From Octopus vulgaris (Eukaryota): DNA of 64,000 bases. The stretch is taken from assembly GCA_951406725.2 (NCBI GenBank), contig OX597824.1, positions 37,696,001-37,760,000 of the forward strand, written 5' to 3'. Positions 63,381 to 64,000 of the stretch are shown here, piece by piece. A model generated the notes under the pieces. The model made no database searches and was not told the origin of the DNA. It saw nothing but the letters and a program-made list of their open reading frames with translations. The stretch's first letter is position 1. Every line of letters begins with the position of its first letter. The translations under genes and the position numbers were made by a program.

Positions 63381-64000
63381 TTGTTCGTAACATTAAATAG
63401 TTAGAACGTTATGAATTAAAGGAATTTATACATAAGAAATCAGTACAAGAGTATCAACATTTCTTTTTTCACTCATGGATAGTTTTTTCTTCTCATGATA
63501 CTTGCAACCGTCAAACAAAAATTTATTGTAGCAAATCTAACCTTATACTATATCCCATAAAATATAGATGCTGGGTGAATACAATATACATAAACTGAAG
63601 AATATATTTTATATAGCGCCTTTATAAAAGGGATCCTTTTTCATTAATTCTCAAAAATTGCTGGTCTTGTTCCAAAAGTTGAAGCCAATATTAATAAAGC
63701 CCTCTGGAAGCACAAGACAGTCTTAAACAAAATCATATCAACAAAAGTGAGGTGAGATGTCCGATGAGGGTGACATTACAAGAACTGGTTGCCCTTCGTG
63801 AAGGGTTCTTACATAAAAACAGTAAGGGGAGGGTGAAGAGGGGTAGAAATGAGATAAATGTATAGATACTATGCAAAATATGTGAATGTGTGTATGAATC
63901 AATCTTTCTGGGACTGGAGAGTCGCCAACTAGAGCCAATCAATGGAACTAACAAATCCAAGATCACCCTAACCATCAAGGACACAAGCCGACCTCCAAAT

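Overview
This is AT-rich, microsatellite-dense eukaryotic DNA. It is very probably a coleoid cephalopod (Octopus), inferred from the recurring tRNA-derived SINE families, which resemble the octopus OK/OR-type SINEs as I recall them. I found no convincing host protein-coding exon, RNA gene or CRISPR array, and the ORF track is almost entirely microsatellite, SINE or decayed-transposon translation. The window is a transposon graveyard. It holds a Helitron RepHel relic, two mariner relics and one Tc1 relic, several MITEs (piggyBac/TTAA, hAT-like, 8-bp-TSD, long-TIR foldback), about six R4/Dong-type (RLE) LINE pieces, RTE and L1/Tx1 fragments, several Penelope-like (PLE) pieces, and about 30 SINE copies in three families. 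The most notable signals are: (i) about eight minimal type-I hammerhead-ribozyme motifs or relics, several tied to PLE GIY-YIG ends or inverted repeats, one with a ~96-nt stem II; (ii) R4/Dong LINEs that appear to partition microsatellite targets, with a pile-up at (TAA)n and a separate lineage in (TACA)n; (iii) a PLE insertion carrying a tRNA-like module; (iv) SINEs with swapped 3' tails. All family assignments come from motif recognition by eye, with no database search.
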